Assembly: GCA_963803975.1 (NCBI GenBank)
Contig: CAWDOY010000003.1
Location: forward strand, 288,001-352,000
Source: an uncultured delta proteobacterium
GTDB lineage: Bacteria; Desulfobacterota; WTBG01; CAIYCZ01
Reading direction: 5' to 3'
DNA: 64,000 nucleotides
The position numbers and the translations under genes were made by a program. How positions within the stretch are numbered: the stretch's first letter is position 1; every line of letters begins with the position of its first letter. This document shows positions 1 through 9,014 of the stretch, piece by piece. Under the pieces are notes generated by a model that did not search any database, was not told the origin of the DNA, and saw nothing but the letters and a program-made list of their open reading frames with translations.

Positions 1-649
1 GGGCAGCGCGCAGGGGCGCTTTTTCTGCCCGAACCACAATAGCCTTCAGGTTTTTTGAACCCATAACCGCACCAAAACCTTTGGTGGCGGATACTCCGTC
101 TGAACCTATAATATTTGCAAATCTGACCTTCATCTCCCCTGCCCTGCTGATGGCAACGACACGGGCAGTATCACCATGCTGTTTTTCAAGGGTTGCAATG
201 GTATCAAAGCAGTCTTTGCCCCAGAGTCTGCCGGCATCTTCAAACCGGCATGTTCCGTCCTGCTCAATTAAAAGAAAAACGGGTTTCAGTGAGGCTCCAT
301 AAATATCAAGGCCGTCAAGGCCTGCCCATTTCAGCACAGCGCCGAAGCTGCCGCCAAGATTGGCCGAGGCATACTGTTCGGGCACGGCCATAGGTGATTT
401 CCCAAGCACGATCCACCGCGAGGCGGCAGGAGCCTGTGTGCCGCACAGCGGGCCGGTCATAAAATAAAGATGATTGCCAGGATCAAAAGCGCTGACCAGG
501 GGATTCAGTTCATCCCAGTACATGCGGCTTGCAAGGCCGCGGCCACCGATAAAGCGGGAGGCATAAGGCATGCTTGACAGTTCGGCTACAGAATGATTGC
601 TCAGATTTATCCGTAGCATTTTTCCTGTCCATCCAAAAAACTCTTTCAT
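1..649 (-). CDS. aor: Aldehyde:ferredoxin oxidoreductase family protein, N-terminal part (runs off the window)
   Basis: Not in the ORF track. Manual translation gives MKEFFGWTGKMLRINLS...RFIGGRGLASRMYWDE...FMTGPLCGT...KSP...ANLGGSFG...LKWAGLDG...LWGKD...GFGAVMGSKNLKAIVV, all AOR N-domain motifs. GGAG RBS upstream. Confidence 0.9.
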   Translation of the reverse strand, partial: MKEFFGWTGKMLRINLSNHSVAELSSMPYASRFIGGRGLASRMYWDELNPLVSAFDPGNHLYFMTGPLCGTQAPAASRWIVLGKSPMAVPEQYASANLGGSFGAVLKWAGLDGLDIYGASLKPVFLLIEQDGTCRFEDAGRLWGKDCFDTIATLEKQHGDTARVVAISRAGEMKVRFANIIGSDGVSATKGFGAVMGSKNLKAIVVRAEKAPLRAA

Positions 650-661
650 CAGAAATCTCCT

Positions 662-742
662 GCAGATATCTGCCCCAATGTACCTAACCCTGATCAAACG
701 GATACAGACCAAAACAGCACAGGTGATGTGTGTGACTATTAG
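662..742 (+). pseudogene. Orphan 3' gene fragment encoding one thrombospondin type-3-like Ca-binding repeat
   Basis: Reads ADICPNVPNPDQTDTDQNSTGDVCDY*, matching the DxCPxxxNPDQxDxDxxxxGDxCD pattern. It has no start of its own and is followed by a terminator. Confidence 0.7.
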
Positions 743-767
743 TGCTTGATAGATTTTGTTCCCATAC

Positions 768-797
768 GGCAGGGTCAGCAATGGCTCTGCCTTTTCT
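768..797 (+). terminator. Intrinsic terminator, same family as those at 6235 and 8535
   Basis: GGCAGGGTCA-GCAA-TGGCTCTGCC-TTTTCT; 2 mismatches from the reverse complement of the 6242-6263 hairpin. Confidence 0.7.
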
Positions 798-984
798 GCT
801 TAAAAAGTACTACTGGGATACTATCTAACAAAACTGCAGACAACTATCAATCACTAAAAGTCTCAGTAACGCTTTGCAAAAGAAGTCATAAATAAATTTA
901 AGCTGCTAAACTTCTATCGCCGTTGATACATCGTCTGCAGTTTTTTACCTGTAATACTCACCACAAGATGTTTTGTCCGAATAA

Positions 985-1074
985 CCCCTGCCCATAACTT
1001 GCGACGGATTTTTTATTGACACACAATCGCCCCCAACGTATGCTTACCCCATCTAAAAGCGAGTTATTATCAAT
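985..1074 (+). promoter_or_regulatory. Dispersed ~90-bp repeat copy 1, containing a sigma70-type promoter
   Basis: TTGACA(1016-1021)-N17-TATGCT(1039-1044). Ungapped similarity to 14874-14949 (+) and 53304-53393 (-). Confidence 0.75.
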
Positions 1075-1081
1075 CTGATGT

Positions 1082-2077
1082 ATGGCATGTTTCGCTGCTA
1101 TTGGGGCGGCGGACCGAACGAGGACTCAGGGCATTATGGGAACTATAGATGTGTTGCATGACCCGATTCTCCGCGTTACAGGGTACCTGCACCAGTCCTA
1201 TGCGGAATCGCTATCTGAACTTGGTGAATCGGTCGAGTTGCCTTATGCAGGGGGATGGATCCTTCGGCGCCAGACACCCATTCTGAATCTTCGCGACGCG
1301 ATGGGGTGCTATCCGATTTTCTGTTGCCGGCAGTGGCAGAGGCTGGTAGATGACCTTGCCCAAATGCGGAAAACTCTGGTTTCTCTGTCATTGGTGGCAG
1401 ATCCGTTTGGCAATTATACCCTGGACGTGCTGAAATCTCTTTTTGATGTGACAGTGCCGTACAAACAACATTTCGTCGCGGACCTCAGTGTGCCTCTGGA
1501 TCGATACACTTCGGCACGGCACCGGAGATACGCGCGCCGGGCACTGGAGAAGATATCGGTGGAAGTCTGTGATCGCCCTGCGATATATTTGGACGAGTGG
1601 GTCAGTCTCTATGACCATCTGGTCGAAAGAAAACATATCACCGGAATACAACGTTTCTCTCGGAAGTCTTTTGCGGGACAGCTTTCCGTGCCGGGATTGG
1701 TGATGTTTCGCGCGACCGAAGGCGATGAGCCACTCAGTCTGGATCTCTGGTATGTTCAGGGCGATGTGGCGTATGCTCATCTCGTCGGCACCAGTCCGCG
1801 CGGGTATGAGCTTCAGGTGTCTTATGGATTGAAGCTGTTCATTTTGCGATACTTCGCCAGTAGGGTTCGATGGGCGGACCTCGGCGCTGTTCCTGGAGTG
1901 AATGCAGATGCATACAGCGGCCTGGCCAGTTTCAAGCGCGGGTGGTCTTCGGAGACGCGCACCGCCTTCTTTTGTGGCAAGATTTTCAACCTGTCGGATT
2001 ACCGGGAGCTGGTTCGGGTCACTAAAAGCGAAGAAACGCCCTTTTTCCCAGCCTACCGCAAAGGAGAGTTCTCTTGA
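1082..2077 (+). CDS. GNAT/FemAB-like acyltransferase, probably acting on a glycan (start may be 1136)
   Basis: RDAMGCYP, HFVADL, HRRYARRA, AYAHLVG, DLGA...GLASFKRGW motifs typical of Acetyltransf_6/FemAB-like GNATs. Confidence 0.7.
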   Translation: MACFAAIGAADRTRTQGIMGTIDVLHDPILRVTGYLHQSYAESLSELGESVELPYAGGWILRRQTPILNLRDAMGCYPIFCCRQWQRLVDDLAQMRKTLVSLSLVADPFGNYTLDVLKSLFDVTVPYKQHFVADLSVPLDRYTSARHRRYARRALEKISVEVCDRPAIYLDEWVSLYDHLVERKHITGIQRFSRKSFAGQLSVPGLVMFRATEGDEPLSLDLWYVQGDVAYAHLVGTSPRGYELQVSYGLKLFILRYFASRVRWADLGAVPGVNADAYSGLASFKRGWSSETRTAFFCGKIFNLSDYRELVRVTKSEETPFFPAYRKGEFS

Positions 2078-2781
2078 CTACACATATATCCGGTTCTCTG
2101 CGCCGCTTCGTGGTCACCGCTTCATCGGGCGGCGCGGTCGTCAATGAGTGTCTTAAGCACCCATCATTCAGGGCACTTGTTCATTCGGTCGTCTGTGATC
2201 AGACGTGCGGTGCGGCTGAGAAGGCCCGAGCGCACGGCATACCCGTGGAGATATTCTCCGAACCCAACCGCGACGTATTCTGCGATCGCTTGCTCGATTA
2301 CCTGCAGACACACGGAATTGACTATGTGTTTTCCTTCTATACGAAGTTCTACTCTGAGAGAATCCGCCGAGCGTACGTGGATCGTCTGGTGAACCTCCAT
2401 CCAGCTCTGCTGCCCGCTTTCAAGGGCAACGATGCATGGGAGTACGTGCGGGCCTACGGGGCACGCTTCGTCGGCAGTACGGTCGAGTTTATCCACGAGC
2501 GCATGGATGAGGGGAAGATCATCCTCCAGACGGTCTGCCCTTGGGATGCCCGCTACCCTGCTGAGTTCACGCGGCACCGGATCTTCATCCAACAATGCAA
2601 ATCGCTGCTGCAAGTCGCGCAGTGGCTCGCAGATGGTCGCATCAGTACGGATGGCTGTCGTGTGATGGTGCGCGACGCCAAGTTCGACAGCCTGGAGTTT
2701 TCGCCGGCGTTAGATTTTCCCGATGCCATTCACTTCACGTGTCCCGCCCCTCCAGGTTGCGAAGGGGGATCATTCCGTTAG
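2074..2781 (+). CDS. Formyltransferase (Formyl_trans_N, PurN-like), probably a sugar N-formyltransferase
   Basis: VNLHPALLPAFKG, GSTVEFI..RMDEGKIILQ motifs; overlaps the upstream GNAT stop. Confidence 0.75.
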   Translation: MTTHISGSLRRFVVTASSGGAVVNECLKHPSFRALVHSVVCDQTCGAAEKARAHGIPVEIFSEPNRDVFCDRLLDYLQTHGIDYVFSFYTKFYSERIRRAYVDRLVNLHPALLPAFKGNDAWEYVRAYGARFVGSTVEFIHERMDEGKIILQTVCPWDARYPAEFTRHRIFIQQCKSLLQVAQWLADGRISTDGCRVMVRDAKFDSLEFSPALDFPDAIHFTCPAPPGCEGGSFR

Positions 2782-3110
2782 TGACTGCGAACCATCCATC
2801 GTACTGGTGGGAGCGTTTTTTCCGTTTTATATAACTGCGTTGACCCGGATTATCCTTTTGAAGCCTATATTTAAAAAATCCGTTCAAGGTTCATCTAACT
2901 AAATAAAATTGAAATGTTCAGCATCTATAACGTACTACAAGATAATGATTTTTATCCCTGTATCTGTCCGCTTTCATTTGAACCGCTACACTTCCAAGCA
3001 AACTGCCTCAACATAATTTCTTTCACAGCACTTCATAAAATATTTTTGTTTTAAGTAATTCATTTTTAAAATCGATTTGTAATATATCAAAAGCTTGCCA
3101 ATGGAATTAA

Positions 3111-3140
3111 TTGACATTCCAATAGCCATAAGCGTATAAT
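3111..3140 (+). promoter_or_regulatory. sigma70-type promoter
   Basis: TTGACA-N18-TATAAT in an AT-rich intergenic region. Confidence 0.6.
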
Positions 3141-3230
3141 AATGGTATAATAATAGCAATTTCGCAAGTCTCTCAATTAGTTGAAGTCATTGGCAGAATA
3201 TAGGAGGAGAAAAAAAGGTGATTAAAATAA

Positions 3231-3302
3231 AAGAGGCGGGAAATGATAAAGCAGTTCAGGGATGAACCTCTATCAACCTGCGTGCTTGTGGAGGTTTTTT
3301 TT
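3231..3302 (+). promoter_or_regulatory. Leader element (RBS + ATG + degenerate terminator hairpin), related to 17139-17241
   Basis: AAGAGG..ATG..TTCAGGGATGAACCTCTATCAACC..GCTTGTGGAGG-T8. Confidence 0.5.
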
Positions 3303-3320
3303 AAACGAGAGGAGAAGTCC

Positions 3321-4910
3321 TTGAGAACAGATAAACTTTCCAGCTTTTTTCTAATTGCAGCAATACTACTACTATCTTTTTTTCTGTCCAATCATGCAAT
3401 AGCTGGCACTATTCAGCTTCCAAAGACCGGACAGACTGTGTTAGATGATCCTTCAACCACTACAACCACTGATTCCGGAACAGACACTACCACCACGACA
3501 GTTGAGCCGACCACCACGACTTCTACTGTTGAGCCAACGACCACTACAACCACTGATTCCGGCACGACCACCACCACGACAGTTGAGCCGACCACCACGA
3601 CTTCTACGGTTGGACCTACGACCACTACAACCACTGATTCCGGCACGAACACTACCACCACAAGACGGCCGACGACCACTACCACAAGACGGCCGACGAC
3701 CACCACGACAATACAGCCGACGACTACCACGACTTCTATGGTTACCGTTCCTCCTGTTGCAGTAAATGATACGTACAGCACCAACGCAAACACAACTTTG
3801 AATCTTGTCGCCCCAGGGGTGCTGAGCAACGACAACGATCCCAAGGGGGCGACCTTGACGGCACAACTGGAAAGCAGCACATCTCATGGTTCCCTCACGC
3901 TCAGTTCCGATGGATCTTTCGTCTATACACCGGTAGTGGACTATGTGGGGAGCGACAGCTTTACCTACATGGCAAACAATGGGACAACAAATAGTACTGT
4001 TGCGACCGTGACCATTATTACGTCGAGCAGCAACGCTCTCTTTTCAGATGACTTTAGCCGTACTGATCTGACGCCCTGGGAGACTGCGTCGGGGACGTGG
4101 ACAATAACGGAAGAAGTGCTGCAAGGGTCGGGCGTCTCTGGCCAGTATTCTTATGCCTCTTATTCCACCACGCCTCAATGGACCGACTATACAGTGCAGG
4201 GGAGCATCCAGTTTCCTGCCGGGTCGTTCGGAGGGGGCATCGGCGGGCGTGTAGATCCGGCCACGGGCGCACACTATGGCGCATGGATCTACCCGGCAGG
4301 ATCGGGGGGCGGGTCGAGGCAGTTGAAACTGTGGAAATTCCGAAGCTGGACAGAACTCGATATAGATGCGCCGATGCAGCAGGTCAGCCTGCCTGATGTG
4401 GACACAGGCTGGCACACGCTCCAGATGGTTTTTATAGGTAATCGGATCCTGGTTTTATATGACGAGAAGTTTGTGATTGACTACACAGACACCGGCTACG
4501 ACAAAAGGGAACCATATTTAAATGGCGGGATCAGCGGAGATATGTGGATGCAGGGAGGCTCTAATTATGGATTAGGGCTCGACAACATAATTGTACGGTC
4601 CCTTGCAAGCAACACATTCACCACCACCACTATTCCCAACACCACAACTACTACTACAACACCAATACCTTTGCTATGTGCTGCAGAGGCAATCTATGGG
4701 GAGGACTCTGAACAGACAGAGCTGCTTAGGAAGTATCGGGATAAGGTATTGAGTAAGACTCCTGAGGGGCGAGAAATTATAAAAACCTATTATAAATTAT
4801 GCCCGATAATAATTAAGTTATTTGAACAGCGACCGTTGTTAAAGAATAAGGCCAAGGCGGTTATAGATAGTATGCTACCAGGGATCAGGAGGAAGGTGGA
4901 GGAGTCTTAA
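3321..4910 (+). CDS. Exported modular protein: signal peptide, Thr-rich repeats, cadherin-like/Big_9 domain, DUF1080/ConA-like domain, CFI-box-CTERM-like tail
   Basis: TTG start with GAGGAG RBS (track starts at 3243). PVAVNDTY..GVLSND..DGSFVYTP..GSDSFTY (Big_9); WTDYTVQG..GWHTLQMVF; tail CAAEAIYG..LLRKYRDKVL..GREIIKTYY. Confidence 0.75.
   Translation: MRTDKLSSFFLIAAILLLSFFLSNHAIAGTIQLPKTGQTVLDDPSTTTTTDSGTDTTTTTVEPTTTTSTVEPTTTTTTDSGTTTTTTVEPTTTTSTVGPTTTTTTDSGTNTTTTRRPTTTTTRRPTTTTTIQPTTTTTSMVTVPPVAVNDTYSTNANTTLNLVAPGVLSNDNDPKGATLTAQLESSTSHGSLTLSSDGSFVYTPVVDYVGSDSFTYMANNGTTNSTVATVTIITSSSNALFSDDFSRTDLTPWETASGTWTITEEVLQGSGVSGQYSYASYSTTPQWTDYTVQGSIQFPAGSFGGGIGGRVDPATGAHYGAWIYPAGSGGGSRQLKLWKFRSWTELDIDAPMQQVSLPDVDTGWHTLQMVFIGNRILVLYDEKFVIDYTDTGYDKREPYLNGGISGDMWMQGGSNYGLGLDNIIVRSLASNTFTTTTIPNTTTTTTTPIPLLCAAEAIYGEDSEQTELLRKYRDKVLSKTPEGREIIKTYYKLCPIIIKLFEQRPLLKNKAKAVIDSMLPGIRRKVEES
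3456..3737 (+). repeat. Intragenic tandem repeats encoding a Thr-rich linker
   Basis: ACCACTACAACCACTGATTCCGG at 3456, 3540 and 3621 (84/81-bp period), then a 24-bp RRPTTTTT duplication. Confidence 0.9.
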
Positions 4911-5044
4911 ATAACTGTAGTATGTCCTCTCTGGTGGTAAAAAACATACACCTCAATTGACTGTGAAATGCGGGGAAATTATTTTTCAACTATTTATATT
5001 TGTCACCCTATAAATTGTTGATTATTTTTTGCATTATTTATTTA

Positions 5045-5073
5045 TTGACATTTAATTTATTATACTGCATAAT
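5045..5073 (+). promoter_or_regulatory. sigma70-type promoter
   Basis: TTGACA-N17-CATAAT upstream of 5133. Confidence 0.55.
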
Positions 5074-5132
5074 ATATATCAAAATATGTAGTCTAATCTA
5101 CTAAGATTAATCATCAAGAAGGGAGAAAAATT

Positions 5133-5885
5133 ATGTTAAGGAAAATATTTATAACCATGTTAATAGTTTCCGCTATATGCTTTTCAGGACTTTCCGCTTT
5201 CGCCTGCGATGCTGAATTATCTGCAAATTGCACTGGGTTCACATTTACAGGACAGGCAACGCATTACTGGCAGTCGTACTGTGTAACAAGTCTTTGCGTT
5301 GATTATAGCGTTACGCTCACAAATGCTGCCGGGGAGATCGTAACCACCAAAAGTGGGTCGAAAGAGTATTCAACTGCTGATCAGACAGATTGGGCGTTTG
5401 ATTTTACAATCACCGAAGACTGGGGCGAAGAGCGGTGCGGCTTAAATTTTGCGGCATATGGGGTTATAAAATACTATTTCAATTGTGATAGGAGTGTTAC
5501 AGATGAACTTTGGTATTACGAAAAAAACTTAGATCCAATAACATTTGACTGCTGTGCTACTGCCATCACCCTTGCCTCGTTTGATGCAAAACCGGGCAAC
5601 CTCAGCGTGAAACTCATGTGGGTGACTGGTGATGAGACTGACAACCTCGGCTTCAACATCTATCGCGCTGATGCGAAAGATGGTGAGTATGTAAAAATAA
5701 ACAGCTCTCTCATCGCATCAAAAGTCGGCTCAGGGCTTGGGACATCCTATGAGTTCACTGACAGTGATGTCAAGAACCGAAAAGCGTACGACTACAAGCT
5801 TGAGGATGTGGATATAAATGGCGTGAAGACCATGCACGGTCCAGTAAAAGCAGTGCCGAGGTTGATTTATGGTTTAGGAAAATAG
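5133..5885 (+). CDS. Exported Cys-containing protein with a C-terminal FN3-like domain ending PRLIYGLGK
   Basis: Signal peptide (..LSAFA); TAITLASF..WVTGDETDNLGFNIYR..YEFTD..YKLEDVD..HGPV C-terminal domain. Confidence 0.7.
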   Translation: MLRKIFITMLIVSAICFSGLSAFACDAELSANCTGFTFTGQATHYWQSYCVTSLCVDYSVTLTNAAGEIVTTKSGSKEYSTADQTDWAFDFTITEDWGEERCGLNFAAYGVIKYYFNCDRSVTDELWYYEKNLDPITFDCCATAITLASFDAKPGNLSVKLMWVTGDETDNLGFNIYRADAKDGEYVKINSSLIASKVGSGLGTSYEFTDSDVKNRKAYDYKLEDVDINGVKTMHGPVKAVPRLIYGLGK

Positions 5886-5911
5886 CAGTACACTTTATAT
5901 TTACTGACAAT

Positions 5912-5951
5912 AAAAGGCAGGGGCTTTAACACCGCTTCTGCCTTTCTTTTT
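5912..5951 (+). terminator. Intrinsic terminator
   Basis: AAAGGCAGGGGC...GCTTCTGCCTTT followed by a T-run. Confidence 0.7.
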
Positions 5952-6167
5952 GCTTATTTAGATGGTACCCGCCCCACAGCTATGGCTGTAAGCTGGCCTT
6001 GCGGACAGCTTACAGAACCGGCTCTCTGTCTCCCCGCGTCTGCATCTTCGATGCTTGCTCACTATGTTCGCTGCGACAGCGTACAACCCCGCCTCTGTTT
6101 TGCCTATCGTGATAATATGCACTATGTTATCGGAGACAAGAAGCGTGAACGCTAAAAAGCGGGACGC

Positions 6168-6714
6168 CCCATAAGAAGTTTAGTTTGATTGGCGATAGTG
6201 TCCCCAGTGTCTGCGCCATGACGTGCGCACCCAAAGAAAAAGCAGGGCCATTTCTGACCCTGCTTCTTTACTGTATTCTATCGGTACGTAATTAAAGCTT
6301 TAGAAACGAATGTTAGAACCTTGATACGATAAATGGAATTGATCCACACTGGCCCTGGCCAAGATTTATATTATAGGTGCCCGGCTGTATACCCCAGAAC
6401 AGTATAGTTGCCTCTATCGTATTACCGACCACATCACAGGAAATAATTCTAATACCCCGTGGCGCATTTTGAATATTGAGATCAGCACAGGTGATGCCCA
6501 GTGATTCCAGATCAGTATTCAGCGTTAAGGTTACCCTTCTGATGCGCGGCAGCAGGCCGAAACCAATCTTTACACCAGAGGGCTGAATGCTCTTAATCTG
6601 ACATTCTGTTGAAGCGGTGGTGGTCGTGGTAGTTATCGCAGCCGTCGTGGTTGTCGTGGCCGGAACCGTGGTAGTAATAGCCGGAACCGTTGTTGTAGTA
6701 ACCGCCGGGGTGGT
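6168..6714. repeat. Near-identical direct repeat copy 1 (3' end + terminator of surface gene A)
   Basis: Matches 8468-9014 at an exact 2300-bp offset with about 6 substitutions seen. Confidence 0.95.
6235..6269 (-). terminator. Intrinsic terminator of gene A
   Basis: Minus strand AAGCAGGGTCAGAAATGGCCCTGC-TTTTTC. Confidence 0.75.
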
Positions 6715-8317
6715 AGTGCTATTGCCGCCGCCACCACCGCCACCGCCGCTTGTTGTTGTGGTCGTAGTCGGTTGCACAGTGGAAGTCGTGGTTGGCGCCG
6801 GAGCGGTTATGGTAAATGCCCCAGTACAGGTTATTGTTTCAAGGTTAGTGGTTGCAATAACATCACAAGCTCCCAAAGGCGCATCCGAGGCAATGGTAAT
6901 ATTTGCAACAGTTTGGGTTATAGAATTTACTATTGGTGTGTCGTTGACCGTAATATAAGAGGTTGTGCCCGCGCACATAAATGACACAGCGGTTAATCCA
7001 TCCTCAAAATTGGTGTTTGAGCCGGTAATGGTCACTTCACGGGTTGCTCCCTGTTCTGCCGATGGAGGATCAACGCCCACGCAGCCTGGTACTATGGCAA
7101 ATGCCCCAGTACAGGTTATTGTTTCAAGGTTAGTGGTTGCAATCACATCACATGCACCCAAAGGCGCATCATCAGCAATGGTAATATTTGCAATAGCTTC
7201 TGTTGTAGAATTTACTATTGGTGTGCCGTTGACCGTAATATAAGAGGTTGTGCCCGCGCACATAAATGACACTGCGGTTAATCCATCCTCAAAATTGGTG
7301 TCTACCCCGGTGATGGTCACATCAAGAGTTTCTCTCTGAGCTGCCGATGCAGGAGCAACGCCACCGCAGCCTGGCACCGGAGCGGTTATGACAAATCCCT
7401 CAGTGCAGGTTACTGTTTCAGCTCCTGTGGTTACCGTCACATCACATGCTCCCAGTGTCGCATCTTCGGCAATGGTAATATTTGCAATAACTTCTGTTGG
7501 AGAATTTACTTGTGTGCTGTTGACCGTAATATAAGAGGTTGTGCCCGCGCACATAAATGACACCGCGGTTAATCCATCCGCAAAATTGGTGTCTGACGCC
7601 GGTGATGGTCACATCAAGGGTTGCTCCCTGTTCTGCCGATGGAGGAACAACGCCCGCGCAGCCTGGGGTTGTCACTGAGATATTATCGACTGCGATCGTA
7701 TACGGCGTGGAGCCCGTCCACCAATCCGCACTGATACCGCCACTTAAATAAGGCGCAGGGAGTCAAAATCATTATCTGTCACGTCGATCTTCGGGCTCCC
7801 CCGTTGTAGTAAACGAGGATACGGTTCCCTGTGAAGGTCATCTTGAGCGTGTGCCAGCCTGTGCCCACATCAGGCAGGTCGACCTGCTGCATCGGTTCGC
7901 TGCTGCCGAGGTCCGTCGGGCCCTGGAACTTCCACAGTTTCAACATCTTCGACCCGCCCAGCCGATCCTGTCGGGTAGACCCACGCGCCATAGTGGGCGC
8001 CTGTGACCGGGTCTACACGCCCGCCGATGCCCCCTCCGAACGACCCGGCAGGAATTCTGGATTTCCCCCTGCACCGTGTAGTCGGTCCATTGCGGCGTGG
8101 TGGAATAATAGGCATAAGAATAGCTGTTCGCGCCACCCGATCCTTGCAGCACTTCTCCCGTTATTGTCCACGTCCCCGACGCAATCTCCCAGGGGAGCAG
8201 ATCACCATCGCTAAAGTTATCCGTAAATAAGGTCTCGGCGTTTGCCGCAGGCAGCATGCAGAGACAGCCGATAAGTAAAACAGCGAGAAATGTTTTTTCT
8301 GAAAAGTACTTAAACAT
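6313..8317 (-). CDS. Exported modular surface protein A (frameshifted): signal peptide, DUF1080/ConA-like domain, 4 Cys-stapled Ig-like modules, Thr/Gly linker, LLPRI tail domain
   Basis: Joins ORF pieces 7940-8317, 7870-8136, 7779-7991, 7442-7675 and 6313-7563. AGAGGAGG RBS; module CxGVxPxSAxQ..TLDVTITG..ANITIA.DAPLGACDV..TC repeated. Confidence 0.75.
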
Positions 8318-8467
8318 AACGTGATTCCTCCTTTTTAAATAAGGTGGCCATTAAATTTATAATTTTTATAAAATTACTCTACAAGTTGTGGCAAGTCAAG
8401 TCTTTTGTTGAGTGTAGATGAGTGGTAGATAGTGCAGAGGGTGTATAGAGGCGTTTTGAAATGGTTG

Positions 8468-9014
8468 CCCATAAGAAGTTTAATTTGATTGGCGATAGTG
8501 TCCTCAGTGTCTGCGCCATGCCGTGCGCACCCAAAGAAAAAGCAGGGCCATTTCTGACCCTGCTTCTTTACTGTCTTCTATCGGTACGTAATTAAAGCTT
8601 TAGAAACGAATGTTAGAACCTTGATACGATAAACGGAATTGATCCACACTGGCCCTGGCCAAGATTTATATTATAGGTGCCCGGCTGTATACCCCAGAAC
8701 AGTATAGTTGCCTCTATCGTATTACCGACCACATCACAGGAAATAATTCTAATACCCCGTGGCGCATTTTGAATATTGAGATCAGCACAGGTGATGCCCA
8801 GTGATTCCAGATCAGTATTCAGCGTTAAGGTTACCCTTCTGATGCGCGGCAGCAGGCCGAAACCAATCTTTACACCAGAGGGCTGAATGCTCTTAATCTG
8901 ACATTCTGTTGAAGCGGTGGTGGTCGTGGTAGTTATCGCAGCCGTCGTGGTTGTCGTGGCCGGAACCGTGGTAGTAATAGCCGGAACCGTCGTTGTAGTA
9001 ACCGCCGGGGTGGT
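8468..9014. repeat. Near-identical direct repeat copy 2
   Basis: Matches 6168-6714. Confidence 0.95.
8535..8569 (-). terminator. Intrinsic terminator of gene B
   Basis: Identical to the 6235-6269 hairpin. Confidence 0.75.

Noticed and set aside
2074..2781. Calling this gene purN or the missing AICAR transformylase
   Set aside because: The PurN N-terminal SGxGSN loop is degenerate, the context is an accessory GNAT pair, and AICAR transformylase has a different fold.
3456..3737. Periodic repeats as a CRISPR array
   Set aside because: The intervening sequences are themselves repeated, in frame, and encode Thr-rich linkers; no cas genes.
6168..9014. Near-identical repeat pair as a diversity-generating retroelement TR/VR
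   Set aside because: The few mismatches are not adenine-specific, both copies are coding tails plus terminators, and there is no reverse transcriptase in the window.
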